A stretch of DNA of 64,000 nt from Pedobacter sp. (lineage in GTDB: Bacteria > Desulfobacterota > Desulfuromonadia > Desulfuromonadales > Syntrophotaleaceae): assembly GCA_050253415.1 (NCBI GenBank), contig JBFWJC010000002.1, positions 672,725 through 736,724 on the forward strand. The letters run 5' to 3'. Within the stretch, counting starts at the first letter, position 1. Each line of letters begins with the position of its first letter. The notes under the pieces are model-generated. The model had not been told where the DNA came from. It ran no database searches and saw nothing but the letters and a program-made list of their open reading frames with translations. The translations under genes and the position numbers were made by a program. Below, piece by piece: positions 37,780 to 49,009 of the stretch.

Positions 37780-38901
37780 TCAATCCCGTTCATCGATAGG
37801 TACGAAAGGTCGCGGTGCCGGGCCGACGTAATCTGCCGTGGGGCGAATCAGTTTGTTGGCGGCGCGTTGTTCCATGATGTGGGCCGACCAGCCGCAGATG
37901 CGGGCGAACACGAACAACGGGGTGAACATCTCCGCCGGAATGCCGCAAATGTGGTAGGCGGAGGCGCTGTAGAAATCGACATTGGGATACAAATCCTTCT
38001 CCCGTTTCATCACTTGGGCGATGCGTTGCGAAACCTCGAACAAAACCTGGCGGCCCGCATCCTCGGCCAATTTTTCTGCCCAACCCTTGATGATGTCGGA
38101 GCGAGGATCAGCACCCCGGTACACCCGGTGGCCAAAACCCATGATCTTCTCTTTGCGTTGCAGCATTTTCAGGATCGCCTGTTCCGCCTCGTCGGCGGCG
38201 TCGAAACCGGCGATGAGGTAGTAGGCCGCTTCGTTGGCGCCCCCGTGAAGTGGGCCTCGCAGAGTACCGATAGCCGCAGTGACCGCCGAATAAAAATCGG
38301 TCAGTGTCGAAGCTGTTACCCGGGCCGAGAAGGTGGAGGCGTTGAACTCGTGTTCGGCGTACAGGATCAGTGACACGTCCACCACCTTGCGGTGCATCTC
38401 CTCAGGAGCGCGACCGTGCAGCAGGTTCAGGAAATGGCCGGCATGACTCTCCTCCTTGGTGACCGTGTCGATGCGTCGTCCATCCTTCTGGTAGTGGTAC
38501 CAGTAGGCCAGCATGGCCGGAAAAGTGGCTACCAGGCGGTCCGCTACTTGCGACTGGGAATGATCCTCCGATTCCGGTTCCATGGTGCCCAATGCGCTGC
38601 AGCCGGTACGCAGTACGTCCATGGGGTGGGCACTGCCGGGGAGTTGCTCCAGAACCTTGCGCAGAGCTTCGGGCAGCCTGCGCAGTCCGATCAACTTGTG
38701 CCGGTAGGTTTCCAGTTTCCGGCTGTTGGGGAGATGCCCCTTCAACAGCAGATAGGCAACCTCTTCGAAGCTTGCCTGTTTCGCCAGGTCGGTGATGGCG
38801 TAGCCGCGATAAGTAAGACCAAGGCCTTTTTTACCCACCGTGCTGAGGGTCGTATCACCGGCGATGACGCCGGCCAGTCCGGGACTCTTATGTGTAGTCA
38901 T
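37780..38901 (-). CDS. prpC: 2-methylcitrate synthase
   Basis: [41 protein letters not shown]; lies between prpB and prpD. Confidence 0.94.
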   Translation of the reverse strand: MTTHKSPGLAGVIAGDTTLSTVGKKGLGLTYRGYAITDLAKQASFEEVAYLLLKGHLPNSRKLETYRHKLIGLRRLPEALRKVLEQLPGSAHPMDVLRTGCSALGTMEPESEDHSQSQVADRLVATFPAMLAYWYHYQKDGRRIDTVTKEESHAGHFLNLLHGRAPEEMHRKVVDVSLILYAEHEFNASTFSARVTASTLTDFYSAVTAAIGTLRGPLHGGANEAAYYLIAGFDAADEAEQAILKMLQRKEKIMGFGHRVYRGADPRSDIIKGWAEKLAEDAGRQVLFEVSQRIAQVMKREKDLYPNVDFYSASAYHICGIPAEMFTPLFVFARICGWSAHIMEQRAANKLIRPTADYVGPAPRPFVPIDERD

Positions 38902-39788
38902 GGTTCTTTCTCCTTGTCGAACAGCCGCTCCAGTTTTTCCTCCCAGGCATGATAATCCAGCAATCGGTATAATTCCTCCCGGGACTGCATGAGATCCACC
39001 ACTGCGGCCTGGGTCCCCGCTTCACGGATGGTCCGATAGACTTTTAGGGCCGCAGCACTCATGGCGCGGAAGGCGGACAGGGGATACAGGGCCAGAGCAA
39101 CGCCGGCTTCCGCCAGTTCCTCAGTGCTGAAAAACGGGGTTTTGCCGAATTCGGTAAGGTTGGCCAGCACCGGCACCCCGACCGTATCGGCGAAGCGCCG
39201 ATAGTGGGCCAGATCGGGCAGGGCCTCGGGAAAAATCATGTCCGCGCCGGCATCCCGGCAGCGACAGGCGCGGTCGATAGCCGCTTCGAGTCCCTCTACG
39301 GCAAAGGCATCGATGCGGGCCATGATGACGAAGGTCGATTCGATGCGGGCATCCACCGCTGCTTTGATCCGATCTTCCATTTCCTGCACTGATACAATGG
39401 CCTTGCCCGGACGGTGTCCGCAGCGTTTGGCCGCCACCTGGTCCTCGATGTGCATGCCGGCGACTCCGGCGCGAATCATTTCAGTTACCGTGCGGCCGAT
39501 CATGAAAGTCGTGCCCCAGCCGGTATCGGCATCTACCAACAGTGGCACATCGACGGCGGCAATGATGCGACGTGCATCTTCAAGCACTTCGGTGAGGGTG
39601 GTCATGCCCAGGTCGGGCAGGCCATGGGAAGCGTTGGCCACCCCGGCACCGGACAGGTACAATGCGCGGAATCCCGCCTCTCTGGCCAAAATGGCCGTGT
39701 AGGCGTTAATGGTGCCCGCGACCTGCAGCGGTCGTTCTGTTTCGATAGCGGCGCGCAGACGTCCGCCCGGCGTGAGTTGCTTGGGCAT
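38898..39788 (-). CDS. prpB: Methylisocitrate lyase
   Basis: [41 protein letters not shown]. Confidence 0.96.
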   Translation of the reverse strand: MPKQLTPGGRLRAAIETERPLQVAGTINAYTAILAREAGFRALYLSGAGVANASHGLPDLGMTTLTEVLEDARRIIAAVDVPLLVDADTGWGTTFMIGRTVTEMIRAGVAGMHIEDQVAAKRCGHRPGKAIVSVQEMEDRIKAAVDARIESTFVIMARIDAFAVEGLEAAIDRACRCRDAGADMIFPEALPDLAHYRRFADTVGVPVLANLTEFGKTPFFSTEELAEAGVALALYPLSAFRAMSAAALKVYRTIREAGTQAAVVDLMQSREELYRLLDYHAWEEKLERLFDKEKEP

Positions 39789-39883
39789 GTGATGTCCTTT
39801 CGACCTACTACAACGTTAACGCAGAAGGGCGGGCCGTCAAGGTTTGAGGGGGGAAACGGAAGGTCGGGCGGGGTGGGATTCGC

Positions 39884-39918
39884 AAAAAAAATCCCCTCCG
39901 CAAAGGGAGGGGATTTTT
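39884..39918 (-). terminator. Intrinsic terminator after dapL
   Basis: Minus strand AAAAATCCCCTCC-CTTTGC-GGAGGGGATTTTTTTT. Confidence 0.85.
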
Positions 39919-39975
39919 GCAATGCGACCTGCTCAGGCTTTATTCAGGCAAGGCTTTTGACCTGCCGGCAACAGA

Positions 39976-41208
39976 TCAGGCGAGATTCTTTTTGATGCGC
40001 TCGATGGCCTCGATGACGTTGGCGCGATCGCCGAAAGCCGAAAGGCGATAATAGCCTTCGCCGCTGGGGCCAAAGCCGCTACCCGGGGTGCCGACGACGT
40101 GGCATTCCGACAGGAGCTTGTCGAAGAAGTCCCAGCTGGTCAGGCCGGCGGGGGTTTTCAGCCAGATGTAAGGGGCGTTGACGCCGCCATACACGGTCAG
40201 GCCGGCGGCCTGCAGGCCTTCGCGGATGAGGCGGGCATTTTCCATATAATAGTCGATGGTTTCCTTGACCTGCGCCCAGCCTTCGTCGGAATAAACCGCA
40301 GCGGCGGCTTTTTGCACCGGGTAGGAGACGCCGTTGAACTTGGTCGACTGGCGGCGGTTCCACAATTTGTTAAGGGATACTTTTTCGCCACCGGCGGTAG
40401 AAGCCAGAAGTTCCTCGGGTACTACCGTCAGGGCGCAGCGCACGCCGGTGAAACCAGCGGTCTTGGAGAAACTGCGGAACTCGATGGCGCAGCGTTTGGC
40501 ACCTTCGATTTCGTAGATGGAGTGGGGGATGCCCGGCTCGGTGATGAAGGCCTCGTAGGCAGCGTCAAAGAAAATGACGGTGTCGTTGGCGAGAGCGTAG
40601 TCGACCCATTTTTGCAGATCGTTGCGGGTGGCAACGGTTCCCGTGGGGTTGTTGGGATAGCACAGGTAGACGATGTCGACCTTTTCCTGCGGGATAGCCG
40701 GACTGAAACCGTTTTCTTCAGTGCACGCCAGGTAGGTCAGGCCTTCGTAATAACCCTTGTCATTGGCTTCGCCGGTGCGTCCAATCATGACGTTGGTGTC
40801 GTTATACACCGGATAGACGGGATCGCAGATGGCGACCTTGTTATCCAGGGCGAAGATGTCGAGGATGTTGGCGCAGTCGCATTTGCTGCCGTCGGAGATG
40901 AAGATCTCGGAGGTTTTCAGCTCGACGCCGAGGGGCTTGTAGGATTTTTCGATCAAAGTTTCAATGAGGAACTCATAGCCCTGTTCGGGGCCGTAACCCA
41001 TGAACTTGTCCTTGTTTGCCAGGTCGTCCACGGCGTCATGAAAGGCCTTGAGAATCGCAGGTGCCAGCGGCTGAGTAACGTCGCCAATGCCGAGTCGGAT
41101 GATTCTAGCCTCGGGGTTGGCCTGGCTGAAAGCCTTGACCCGGCGCCCGATTTCGGGGAACAGGTAGCCGGCCTTGAGCTTCAGATAATTGTCGTTAAGT
41201 TTTGCCAC
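39976..41208 (-). CDS. dapL: LL-diaminopimelate aminotransferase
   Basis: [48 protein letters not shown]. Confidence 0.96.
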   Translation of the reverse strand: MAKLNDNYLKLKAGYLFPEIGRRVKAFSQANPEARIIRLGIGDVTQPLAPAILKAFHDAVDDLANKDKFMGYGPEQGYEFLIETLIEKSYKPLGVELKTSEIFISDGSKCDCANILDIFALDNKVAICDPVYPVYNDTNVMIGRTGEANDKGYYEGLTYLACTEENGFSPAIPQEKVDIVYLCYPNNPTGTVATRNDLQKWVDYALANDTVIFFDAAYEAFITEPGIPHSIYEIEGAKRCAIEFRSFSKTAGFTGVRCALTVVPEELLASTAGGEKVSLNKLWNRRQSTKFNGVSYPVQKAAAAVYSDEGWAQVKETIDYYMENARLIREGLQAAGLTVYGGVNAPYIWLKTPAGLTSWDFFDKLLSECHVVGTPGSGFGPSGEGYYRLSAFGDRANVIEAIERIKKNLA

Positions 41209-41272
41209 GTATCATTCTCCTTGTCGTTCTGCAAAAAGTTAGCTTGTATATTGGATACAAAACAAATTCATT

Positions 41273-41410
41273 TCTCGCGCCCGTTCGCTATGCTCACTAA
41301 AGCCACAAGGATCACAAAGGCAGGCAGAACCGATTTAAAAAATCGATTTGATAACCGGTTATTCTTCTTTGTGACTTCGTGTCGTAAGCGACTTCAAGGA
41401 GCGGGTGCGA
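41273..41410. repeat. Structured intergenic repeat, family A copy 2
   Basis: TCTCGCGCCCGTTCGCTATGCTCACTAAAGCC...AAGGAGCGGGTGCGA; aligns with 19295-19441. Confidence 0.85.
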
Positions 41411-41417
41411 CGTATAA

Positions 41418-42221
41418 TCACTTCAACCCAAGGATATCCTGCATGTCGTACAGGCCGGGATTTTTATCTGCCAGCCAGGCGGCGGCACGCACTGCTCCGC
41501 GTGCGAACATGTCGCGACTCATGGCCCGATGGGTGATTTCGATGCGTTCGCCCATGCCGATGAAATAGACGGTGTGTTCGCCGACGATGTCGCCGCCGCG
41601 CACGGTCTGCATGCCGATTTCCTCATGGGTGCGGGCGCCGCACATCCCTTCACGGTGATAGACGGCGCTTTTCTGGTAATCGCGGCCCAGTGCGTCGGCC
41701 ACGATCTCTCCCATGCGCACGGCCGTGCCGCTGGGCGAATCCTTCTTTTTATTGTGGTGAAGCTCGACGATCTCGACATCGAACCCGTCGCCAAGGATGT
41801 TCGCCGCTTCTTTGAGGAGTTTGAAGCAAGCATTGACGCCAACGCTCATGTTGGGCGCCAGCACCACAGGGGTGGTCTTGGCGAGTTCGTCGACCCGGCT
41901 GCGTTGTTCCGGGGTGAAGCCGGTCGAACCGATCACCAGGCGCTTGCCGAGGCGGGCACAGGCTTCGAGATTGCGCAGGGAGACTTCCGGAAAGGTGAAG
42001 TCGATCAACACGTCGGTCCCGGCGAGCACCTCATCGAGGTCGCTGCTGATAAGCACGTTCAGGGGACCGCAGCCGGCGGTCAGACCGGCATCCTGTCCAA
42101 GCATGGGGCTTTCCGCATGCTCCAGAGCTCCGGTCAGTTGCAGACCCTCGGTTTCCTTGATCGCGGTGATAAGGCGTCCGCCCATACGTCCGGCTGCACC
42201 GTTAACTGCTACTTTGATCAT
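41418..42221 (-). CDS. dapB: 4-hydroxy-tetrahydrodipicolinate reductase
   Basis: GAAGRMG, IGSTG, ELHHNKKKDSPSGTA, RGGDIVGEH. Confidence 0.97.
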   Translation of the reverse strand: MIKVAVNGAAGRMGGRLITAIKETEGLQLTGALEHAESPMLGQDAGLTAGCGPLNVLISSDLDEVLAGTDVLIDFTFPEVSLRNLEACARLGKRLVIGSTGFTPEQRSRVDELAKTTPVVLAPNMSVGVNACFKLLKEAANILGDGFDVEIVELHHNKKKDSPSGTAVRMGEIVADALGRDYQKSAVYHREGMCGARTHEEIGMQTVRGGDIVGEHTVYFIGMGERIEITHRAMSRDMFARGAVRAAAWLADKNPGLYDMQDILGLK

Positions 42222-42246
42222 GGTTTCTCCCTTAAATGACGGTTGT

Positions 42247-43128
42247 TCAGGCTTGGATCAAACCGAACTGAACCAGTACCTTTTTCAGTTTCGCCAGGTT
42301 GTCGGGCAGCAGTTCAACCAGCGGCAGCCGCAGGTGGTCGCCGCACAGACCCATCAGGGCAGCTGCGACTTTCACCGGCACCGGGTTGGTTTCGATAAAC
42401 ATGGCCTGATGCAGATTGAGCAGATGAAGGTGCATCCTGCGAGCATCATCGTAGCGGTTTTCATTGATCGCGGTGACCATGGCTTTTACTTCGGCCGGCA
42501 GAATGTTGGCTGTCACCGAGATCACGCCTTTGCCGCCGCAGGCCATCATGGGCAGGGTTAAAAAATCGTCGCCGGAGATGACGTTGATTTGATCCCCCGC
42601 TTCGGCGATGATCTGGCTGGCCAGAGTCAGGTCGCCGGAGGCTTCCTTGATGCCGACCACGTTGGGATGGCTGGCGAGTCGGATGGTGGTCGCTGCGGCC
42701 ATGTTCATGCCGGTACGGCTGGGGACGTTATACAATACCTGGGGGATAGCGACGTTGTCGGCAATCGCCTTGAAGTGTCGGTAGACCCCTTCCTGAGTAG
42801 GCTTGTTGTAATAGGGGGTTATGAGAAGTACCCCGTCGGCACCCATTTTTTTGGCATTCTGGCTTAATTCAATTGCTTCGTTGGTAGCGTTGGAACCGGT
42901 GCCGGCAAGTACCGGGACCCGCTTGTTGACATGCTCGATGCAGGTCTGGATCACCCGGTTGTGTTCGGCGTGATTGAGGGTGGCGGATTCACCGGTGGTG
43001 CCGCAGGGAACGATAACGTCGGTACCGTTTTCTATCTGAAAATCAATAAGCTTTCTAAAGGTCTCTTCATCGAAGCGTCCTTCGCGGTCGAAGGGCGTGA
43101 TGATAGCTACCATGGATCCTGTAAACAT
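42247..43128 (-). CDS. dapA: 4-hydroxy-tetrahydrodipicolinate synthase
   Basis: GTTGES, TPYYNKP, LYNVPSRTG, GIKEASG, ETNPVPVK; GGAGG RBS. Confidence 0.97.
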   Translation of the reverse strand: MFTGSMVAIITPFDREGRFDEETFRKLIDFQIENGTDVIVPCGTTGESATLNHAEHNRVIQTCIEHVNKRVPVLAGTGSNATNEAIELSQNAKKMGADGVLLITPYYNKPTQEGVYRHFKAIADNVAIPQVLYNVPSRTGMNMAAATTIRLASHPNVVGIKEASGDLTLASQIIAEAGDQINVISGDDFLTLPMMACGGKGVISVTANILPAEVKAMVTAINENRYDDARRMHLHLLNLHQAMFIETNPVPVKVAAALMGLCGDHLRLPLVELLPDNLAKLKKVLVQFGLIQA

Positions 43129-43199
43129 TGGGAGTCCTCCCTTAACAATGGAAGCATTTGCGTACCGAGACGCCATGGTCTCGGTGTCGCCGTCGGCTA

Positions 43200-44453
43200 T
43201 TACAGCCCTTCCGGGATGGTTTCGCCTTTAATCAGGTCGTCGTAGGTTTCGCGCTGGCGGACCACCATGACCTGGGCGCCCTTGACCATGACTTCGGGAA
43301 CCCGGCGACGGCTGTTGTAATTGGAGCTCATGGTGAAACCGTAGGCTCCGGCCGAGGCTACGGCCAGCAGATCGCCCTGCGAGAAGGCCGGGATATCACG
43401 GTCCTGGGCAAGAAAGTCACCCGATTCGCAGATGGGTCCGACCACGTCGGCCAAAATGGTGCCGGATATCGAACGATCAACCGCCTGAATCCCCTGGTAG
43501 GAACCATACAGTGCCGGGCGGGTGAGATCGTTCATGGCCGCATCGACAATGACAAAGTTCTTGGCTTCGCCTTCCTTCACGTACAGGACTTCGGCTACCA
43601 GCATGCCGGCGTTGCCGACCATGACGCGGCCCGGTTCAAAAATCAGGGTAACGCCGAGGCCTTTGGTTCCCTCGATGATCACTTTGGCATAATCGGCCGG
43701 GCTGGGGGGCTCTTCCTGGTCGTAGGTGATGCCGAGGCCGCCTCCCAGGTCCAGATACTTGATGGCAAACCCTTCCTGTTGCAGGGTTTCAACCACTTCA
43801 CGGATCTTGGCGATGGCGTCGACAAACGGTGACAGTTTGGTTAACTGGCTGCCGATGTGGCAGTCGACACCGATAACTTCCAGGTTCGGCAGGCTGGCGG
43901 CGTGGCGATAGTCCTCCAGGGCCTGGGAAATATTAATGCCGAACTTGGCTTTTTTCATACCGGTGGAGATATAGGGATGCGTCTGCGGGTCGACGTCCGG
44001 GTTGACACGGATGGCGATACCGGCTTTTTTGCCGAGACTGCCGGCCACGGCGTTAATCGTCTCGAGTTCCTGAGGGGATTCGACATTGAACATCAGGATG
44101 CCGGCCTGCAAAGCTTCCGCAATTTCCGTTTCGGTTTTGCCAACTCCGGAATAGACGATTTTGGTCGGATCGCAGCCGACTTTACGGGCGCGGTACAGCT
44201 CGCCGCCGGATACGATATCGAACCCGGCGTTGTGGTTCACGAATGTTTTCAGCACTGCCAGGTTGCTGTTGGCTTTGATGGAATAGCAGATCAGGTGGGG
44301 TACGCTGGCAAACGCGGACGAGAACGCTTCCAGGTGGCGGCTCAAGGTGGCATGGGAATAGACATAGAAGGGCGTGCCTACCTGGGCCGCGATTTCCTTG
44401 ATGGCGACATCTTCGCAATAAAGATCGTTGTCACGGTATTGAAAGTGATTCAT
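43200..44453 (-). CDS. lysA: Diaminopimelate decarboxylase
   Basis: YSIKANSN, HIGSQ, DLGGG, EPGR, GPICESGD, SSNYNSR. Confidence 0.97.
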   Translation of the reverse strand: MNHFQYRDNDLYCEDVAIKEIAAQVGTPFYVYSHATLSRHLEAFSSAFASVPHLICYSIKANSNLAVLKTFVNHNAGFDIVSGGELYRARKVGCDPTKIVYSGVGKTETEIAEALQAGILMFNVESPQELETINAVAGSLGKKAGIAIRVNPDVDPQTHPYISTGMKKAKFGINISQALEDYRHAASLPNLEVIGVDCHIGSQLTKLSPFVDAIAKIREVVETLQQEGFAIKYLDLGGGLGITYDQEEPPSPADYAKVIIEGTKGLGVTLIFEPGRVMVGNAGMLVAEVLYVKEGEAKNFVIVDAAMNDLTRPALYGSYQGIQAVDRSISGTILADVVGPICESGDFLAQDRDIPAFSQGDLLAVASAGAYGFTMSSNYNSRRRVPEVMVKGAQVMVVRQRETYDDLIKGETIPEGL

Positions 44454-44546
44454 ATCAAAAATGCTCCTGAGAAAAATGGGCCAGTTTTATAAGTGGAACG
44501 AACAGGTTACGCAAAGGCAAAACCGTAACATAGCTGTTCGTTGATG

Positions 44547-45335
44547 TCAAAATGAGGCTTGGTTGCCGGCCCACGGAGTTGCAATCACCGCTTTGGACAG
44601 CCGGCTTTCAACCTCGTGCTGTTGGTGGCGAACCACCGCGCGTACTGCGTAAAGATAGGTACTTCCGCTTTTGAAAGCGCGGTCTTCAAAGCGGGCTTCC
44701 GTCAACGGCCTGGGATTCAGCGGTGCGATGGCAAAGGGGCGTCCGGGGCGGCGGCGGTAGACATTGTAGCCAAGCAGTTCCATGTCGGCTGCCAGGGCTT
44801 GCGGAGCTTGCCAAGTCAGAGTCAAAACGCCATCGCTGGTCTCGGCCTGGACGGTTTCCGGCGCCGGGGGGATAACGCTCAGCACCTGTCTCTGCGTAAC
44901 CGGTGTGCCATCCTGTCCCCAACGGTTGTAGGGGATAATACGGTATTGGTAGCCGCGGCCTTCCTCAAGGTCGGGGTCGACCAGGAAAATACGGCCATCC
45001 ATGCGTTGTACGTCGCGCAGGTACTCGAGTTCGACCTGACGCAGCAGGATGGAGGTGTCGCGACAGTCGGGGCAGTCTTCGGCAGGATCGAAATCCATGC
45101 GCATGACCTTGAACCCGGCCAGGTCGGTAAGCTCGGTGCCATCCTGATTAAGCTGTGGCATCATCCAGGACAAAAGCATCTGCGTGCCCTGTTGCCGCAA
45201 CACCAGCTCCTCCGGCGCCGCGGGCAACGGTTGGCGCTGCGGGCGTACCGGTCCCTTGTTTCCGCAACCGGCACACAGGCCAAGGACGAGCAGTAATACA
45301 AGCAATAGATAGCCTTGAGGGCGGCTCCGTATCAT
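44547..45335 (-). CDS. Lipoprotein with LptM/YifL-like N-terminus and fibronectin type III domains
   Basis: Lipobox AG-C GNKGP; LSW, YQYRI, LTWQAP, GYNVYR, YAVRAV FnIII motifs; CPDC. Confidence 0.75.
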   Translation of the reverse strand: MIRSRPQGYLLLVLLLVLGLCAGCGNKGPVRPQRQPLPAAPEELVLRQQGTQMLLSWMMPQLNQDGTELTDLAGFKVMRMDFDPAEDCPDCRDTSILLRQVELEYLRDVQRMDGRIFLVDPDLEEGRGYQYRIIPYNRWGQDGTPVTQRQVLSVIPPAPETVQAETSDGVLTLTWQAPQALAADMELLGYNVYRRRPGRPFAIAPLNPRPLTEARFEDRAFKSGSTYLYAVRAVVRHQQHEVESRLSKAVIATPWAGNQASF

Positions 45336-45337
45336 GA

Positions 45338-46723
45338 TTACATCCTCTGCAGGCGTTCCTGGCGGGCACGGGCGATCTCGCGGGCCACCGCCTCACGGGC
45401 GGTGCCGCCAGTGGCGCGGCGGGAATCGACCGAAGCTTCCAGGGTAATGAAGTCGTAGATGTCGGATTCGATGACCGGCGAGAAGGTTTTAAACTCTTCC
45501 AGAGTCAATGCCTCGATCTGTTTGTCATGTTCGATGCAGTACCGGACCGTCTTGCCGACGATTTCGTGGGCATCCCGAAACGGAATGCCTTTGCGCACAA
45601 CGTAGTCGGCCACGTCCGTGGCCGTGGAGAAACCGCGCGCCGCGGCTTCGCGCATATTGTCGGCACGGATGCTCATCTGGGCGATCATGTCGGCAAAAAT
45701 CTTGAGGCTACCCTTGACCGTATCGATGGTGTCGAACAGAGGCTCCTTGTCTTCCTGCATGTCCTTGTTGTAGGCCAGAGGCAACGCCTTCATGACCGTC
45801 AGCAGGCTCATCAGGTTACCGTACACGCGACCGGTTTTTCCGCGTACCAGTTCCGGCACGTCAGGGTTCTTTTTCTGCGGCATGATGGAACTGCCGGTGC
45901 AGAATGCATCGGACAGGTCGATAAAGTGAAAGTCGGCGCTCGACCAAAGGATCAGCTCTTCGGACAGGCGCGACAGGTGCATCATGACAATGCTCGCCGC
46001 ACCGCAGAATTCCAGGGCAAAATCACGATCCGAAACCGAATCGAGGCTGTTGCGGGTCACCCCGTCAAAGCCAAGCTGCTCGGCGACAAATTCCCGGTCG
46101 ATGGAAAAAGTGGTGCCGGCCAGAGCGCCTGCGCCCAGAGGCAGCAGATTGATGCGCTTGTACAGATCAGCCATGCGCCAGGAATCGCGGCGGAACATTT
46201 CGTAATAGGCCAGCATGTGGTGCGAAAAGAGGATCGGCTGGGCGGTCTGCAGGTGGGTGTACCCGGGCATGATGACGCCCAGATTCCGCTCCGCCTGCTC
46301 GAGCAGCGATTCCTGCACCTGCTCGAGGAACGAGCGCACTTCCTTGACCTCATCCCGCAGATAGAGGCGTATGTCGAGGGCGACCTGGTCGTTGCGCGAG
46401 CGGGCCGTGTGCAGCTTGCCGCCGACCGCTCCGATGCGCTCGATGAGGCGGGCCTCGATGTTCATGTGGATATCTTCCAGGGCAACGGAAAATTCGAACT
46501 GGCCGTTTTCGATATCGGTCAGGATGCTTTCCAGGCCGGAGGTAATGGTCTGGGCCTCGGCCTCGGTGATGATGCCCTGGCGGGCCAACATGCGGGCGTG
46601 GGCCATGGAACCCTGGATATCGTAGCGGTACAGGCGCTGATCGAAATCGATGGAGGCGGTAAAGGCCTCGACAAATGCATCGGTGGGTTGGGTAAAACGT
46701 CCAGCCCAGGGTTTTTTACTCAT
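45338..46723 (-). CDS. argH: Argininosuccinate lyase
   Basis: [37 protein letters not shown]. Confidence 0.97.
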   Translation of the reverse strand: MSKKPWAGRFTQPTDAFVEAFTASIDFDQRLYRYDIQGSMAHARMLARQGIITEAEAQTITSGLESILTDIENGQFEFSVALEDIHMNIEARLIERIGAVGGKLHTARSRNDQVALDIRLYLRDEVKEVRSFLEQVQESLLEQAERNLGVIMPGYTHLQTAQPILFSHHMLAYYEMFRRDSWRMADLYKRINLLPLGAGALAGTTFSIDREFVAEQLGFDGVTRNSLDSVSDRDFALEFCGAASIVMMHLSRLSEELILWSSADFHFIDLSDAFCTGSSIMPQKKNPDVPELVRGKTGRVYGNLMSLLTVMKALPLAYNKDMQEDKEPLFDTIDTVKGSLKIFADMIAQMSIRADNMREAAARGFSTATDVADYVVRKGIPFRDAHEIVGKTVRYCIEHDKQIEALTLEEFKTFSPVIESDIYDFITLEASVDSRRATGGTAREAVAREIARARQERLQRM

Positions 46724-46816
46724 GGTTGATTCGCTCCGTTGATGGCAAACAGGGACGTCGCTAAAAGTGCGCCCCTTGGATAGATACAGGATAAATTAAC
46801 TCACAGCTTACAGCTT

Positions 46817-46847
46817 CTGCCTGGGCGGCATATTGCCGCCCAGGCAG
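46817..46847. terminator. 14-bp perfect hairpin between argG and argH
   Basis: CTGCCTGGGCGGCA-TAT-TGCCGCCCAGGCAG; adjacent inverted AGCTGTA heptamers at 46798-46816. Confidence 0.55.
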
Positions 46848-46857
46848 GGGGTGTTGT

Positions 46858-48078
46858 TTAACCGCGCTTTTTCTGCATGGCGCTGCGGATGCGCAGGCGC
46901 AGGGCGTTGAGGCGGATGAAGCCTTCGGCATCGGCCTGATTGTAGACCTCGTCGGCCTCGAAAGTGGCCACTTCGGGATCGAACAGGCTGTTGGTGTCGG
47001 ATTTGCGGCCAACCACGCGGCAATGCCCTTTGTAAAGTTTGACGCGGGCAACCCCGTTGACGGTCTTCTGGGTTTCATCGATGAGAGTCTGCAGCGCTTC
47101 ACGCTCGGGTGCGAACCAGAAACCGTTGTAAACCATGGTGGCGTAGCGGGGGATCAGCGAATCGCGCAGGTTGAGTACTTCGCGGTCCATGGTGATCTGC
47201 TCGACGCCGCGATGAGCCTCCTCGAGAATGGTGCCGCCCGGGGTCTCATACACGCCGCGGCTCTTCATGCCGACGAAGCGGTTTTCCATGATGTCGGCGC
47301 GGCCGATGCCGTGCTTACCGCCCAGGGCGTTGAGATGGGCGAGCAACTGCGCGGGGGAGAGGGCTTCGCCGTTGATGGCAACCGGGTCGCCTGCGCGGAA
47401 CTCGATCTCGACATATTCAGGCTGATCGGGAGCCTGTTCGGGGGCGACGGACAGCAGGTACATTTCTTCCGGCGGTTCGGCCCAGGGGTTTTCCAGGATG
47501 CCGCCCTCGAAGGAGATGTGCAGCAGGTTGCGGTCGCTGCTCCAGGGGCGTTTTTTGGTCACAGGTACCGGAATGCCGTGCTTGGTGGCGTAAGCGATGA
47601 GCGCTTCCCGGCTGTTAAGATCCCACTCACGCCAAGGGGCGATGACTTTGATCTCCGGATTGAAGTGATAGTAGGACAATTCGAAGCGTACCTGGTCGTT
47701 GCCTTTGCCGGTGGCGCCATGACTGACGGCGTCGGCTTCTTCGGCCAGGGCGATTTCCATCTGCTTTTTGGAGATCAGCGGACGGGCGATGGACGTACCG
47801 AGGAAATAACGACCTTCATAGATGGCGTTGGCGCGGAACATGGGGAATACGAAGTCGCGCACGAATTCTTCGCGCAGGTCTTCCACGTAGCATTTGCTGG
47901 CGCCGGTCTGGCGGGCTTTTTCGGGAATGCCGTCAAGTTCCTGTCCCTGACCGAGGTCGGCGGCGAAAGCGATGACTTCGCAACCGTATTCTTCGATGAG
48001 CCAACGCACAATAATGGAGGTGTCGAGGCCACCTGAGTAAGCCAGAACCGCCTTTTTGATAGACCCTTTTTTAGACAT
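46858..48078 (-). CDS. argG: Argininosuccinate synthase
   Basis: [39 protein letters not shown]. Confidence 0.97.
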   Translation of the reverse strand: MSKKGSIKKAVLAYSGGLDTSIIVRWLIEEYGCEVIAFAADLGQGQELDGIPEKARQTGASKCYVEDLREEFVRDFVFPMFRANAIYEGRYFLGTSIARPLISKKQMEIALAEEADAVSHGATGKGNDQVRFELSYYHFNPEIKVIAPWREWDLNSREALIAYATKHGIPVPVTKKRPWSSDRNLLHISFEGGILENPWAEPPEEMYLLSVAPEQAPDQPEYVEIEFRAGDPVAINGEALSPAQLLAHLNALGGKHGIGRADIMENRFVGMKSRGVYETPGGTILEEAHRGVEQITMDREVLNLRDSLIPRYATMVYNGFWFAPEREALQTLIDETQKTVNGVARVKLYKGHCRVVGRKSDTNSLFDPEVATFEADEVYNQADAEGFIRLNALRLRIRSAMQKKRG

Positions 48079-48178
48079 ATGAAGTACTCCTTCTAGGATT
48101 ATAGTAGTTCTTTTCGAAGAAAAACGTGAATGTTATAGGTGCGTCACGCAAGTCTCTTCTCGAAGAAAAATCTGAATA

Positions 48179-48991
48179 TTAAATGTGAATCACGCACGTA
48201 TCGGCAATTTTATCGTGCAGACCCTGTTTGCGCTCATCGAAGACCACCATCAGATAGCCGACCCCCAAAGTGATGCCGGAGACGAACTTGCCGATGATCT
48301 CCCTTAAGGCAGCACGGCCGTAAGTCATGACGCTGCCGTCGCTGCGCACCACCTTCAGACGCATCAGCATTTTGCCGGGGGTCTGCCCGCAGGAACCGGT
48401 AAACACGACATAATAGGCGATGCTGACCGCACTGCTGAACAGAGCCAGCATGAGCACCGAAGCAAGCGATTCCGCGTCCATGTCGGGTGATAGCAGACCG
48501 GCCGTGGCTTCAAGAACAATGGCCAGAACGATCTGCATGATCCACACGATGATGGAATCGATAACAAGTGCCGCAGCGCGAATCCAGAATCCGGCATAGG
48601 CAGCGGCAACATGGTTTGTCGCGGTCTGCAATGCTCCGCCGCAGCGCTGGCAATAACTGGCCGCATGCTGGATGTTGCCGCAGAACGGACAGACAACCTG
48701 GCCTTCAAGGGCCGATTCTTCCCCGTGTTCCTGTCGCGATTGCCACTTGGCGTAATCGATACCGCAGGCGATGCAGTAGCTGCCGGCCGGTTGCAGACGG
48801 CCGCAGGCCGGACAGGTGATCTCGGCCGCGGAGGTCAGTGCGTCCGTTTCGCCCGGCCGGGGGGACTCCGCTTTTTGTTGCAGGGCGAAAGAGGACTTGC
48901 AACGCGGGCAGGTGGCTTCGGTGGCATCGTCAGGGATGCTACCGGGCGGCACTTCAGCACTGAATCCGCAGTGTGGACAAATAATGGTCAT
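48179..48991 (-). CDS. RDD family membrane protein with multiple N-terminal zinc ribbons
   Basis: CPHC/CPRC, CPAC/CIAC, CPFC/CQRC; YAGFWIRAAALVID, GQTPGK, KQGLHDKIADT. Confidence 0.88.
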   Translation of the reverse strand: MTIICPHCGFSAEVPPGSIPDDATEATCPRCKSSFALQQKAESPRPGETDALTSAAEITCPACGRLQPAGSYCIACGIDYAKWQSRQEHGEESALEGQVVCPFCGNIQHAASYCQRCGGALQTATNHVAAAYAGFWIRAAALVIDSIIVWIMQIVLAIVLEATAGLLSPDMDAESLASVLMLALFSSAVSIAYYVVFTGSCGQTPGKMLMRLKVVRSDGSVMTYGRAALREIIGKFVSGITLGVGYLMVVFDERKQGLHDKIADTCVIHI

Positions 48992-49009
48992 GCTTTTTCC
49001 TTGGTGCGA

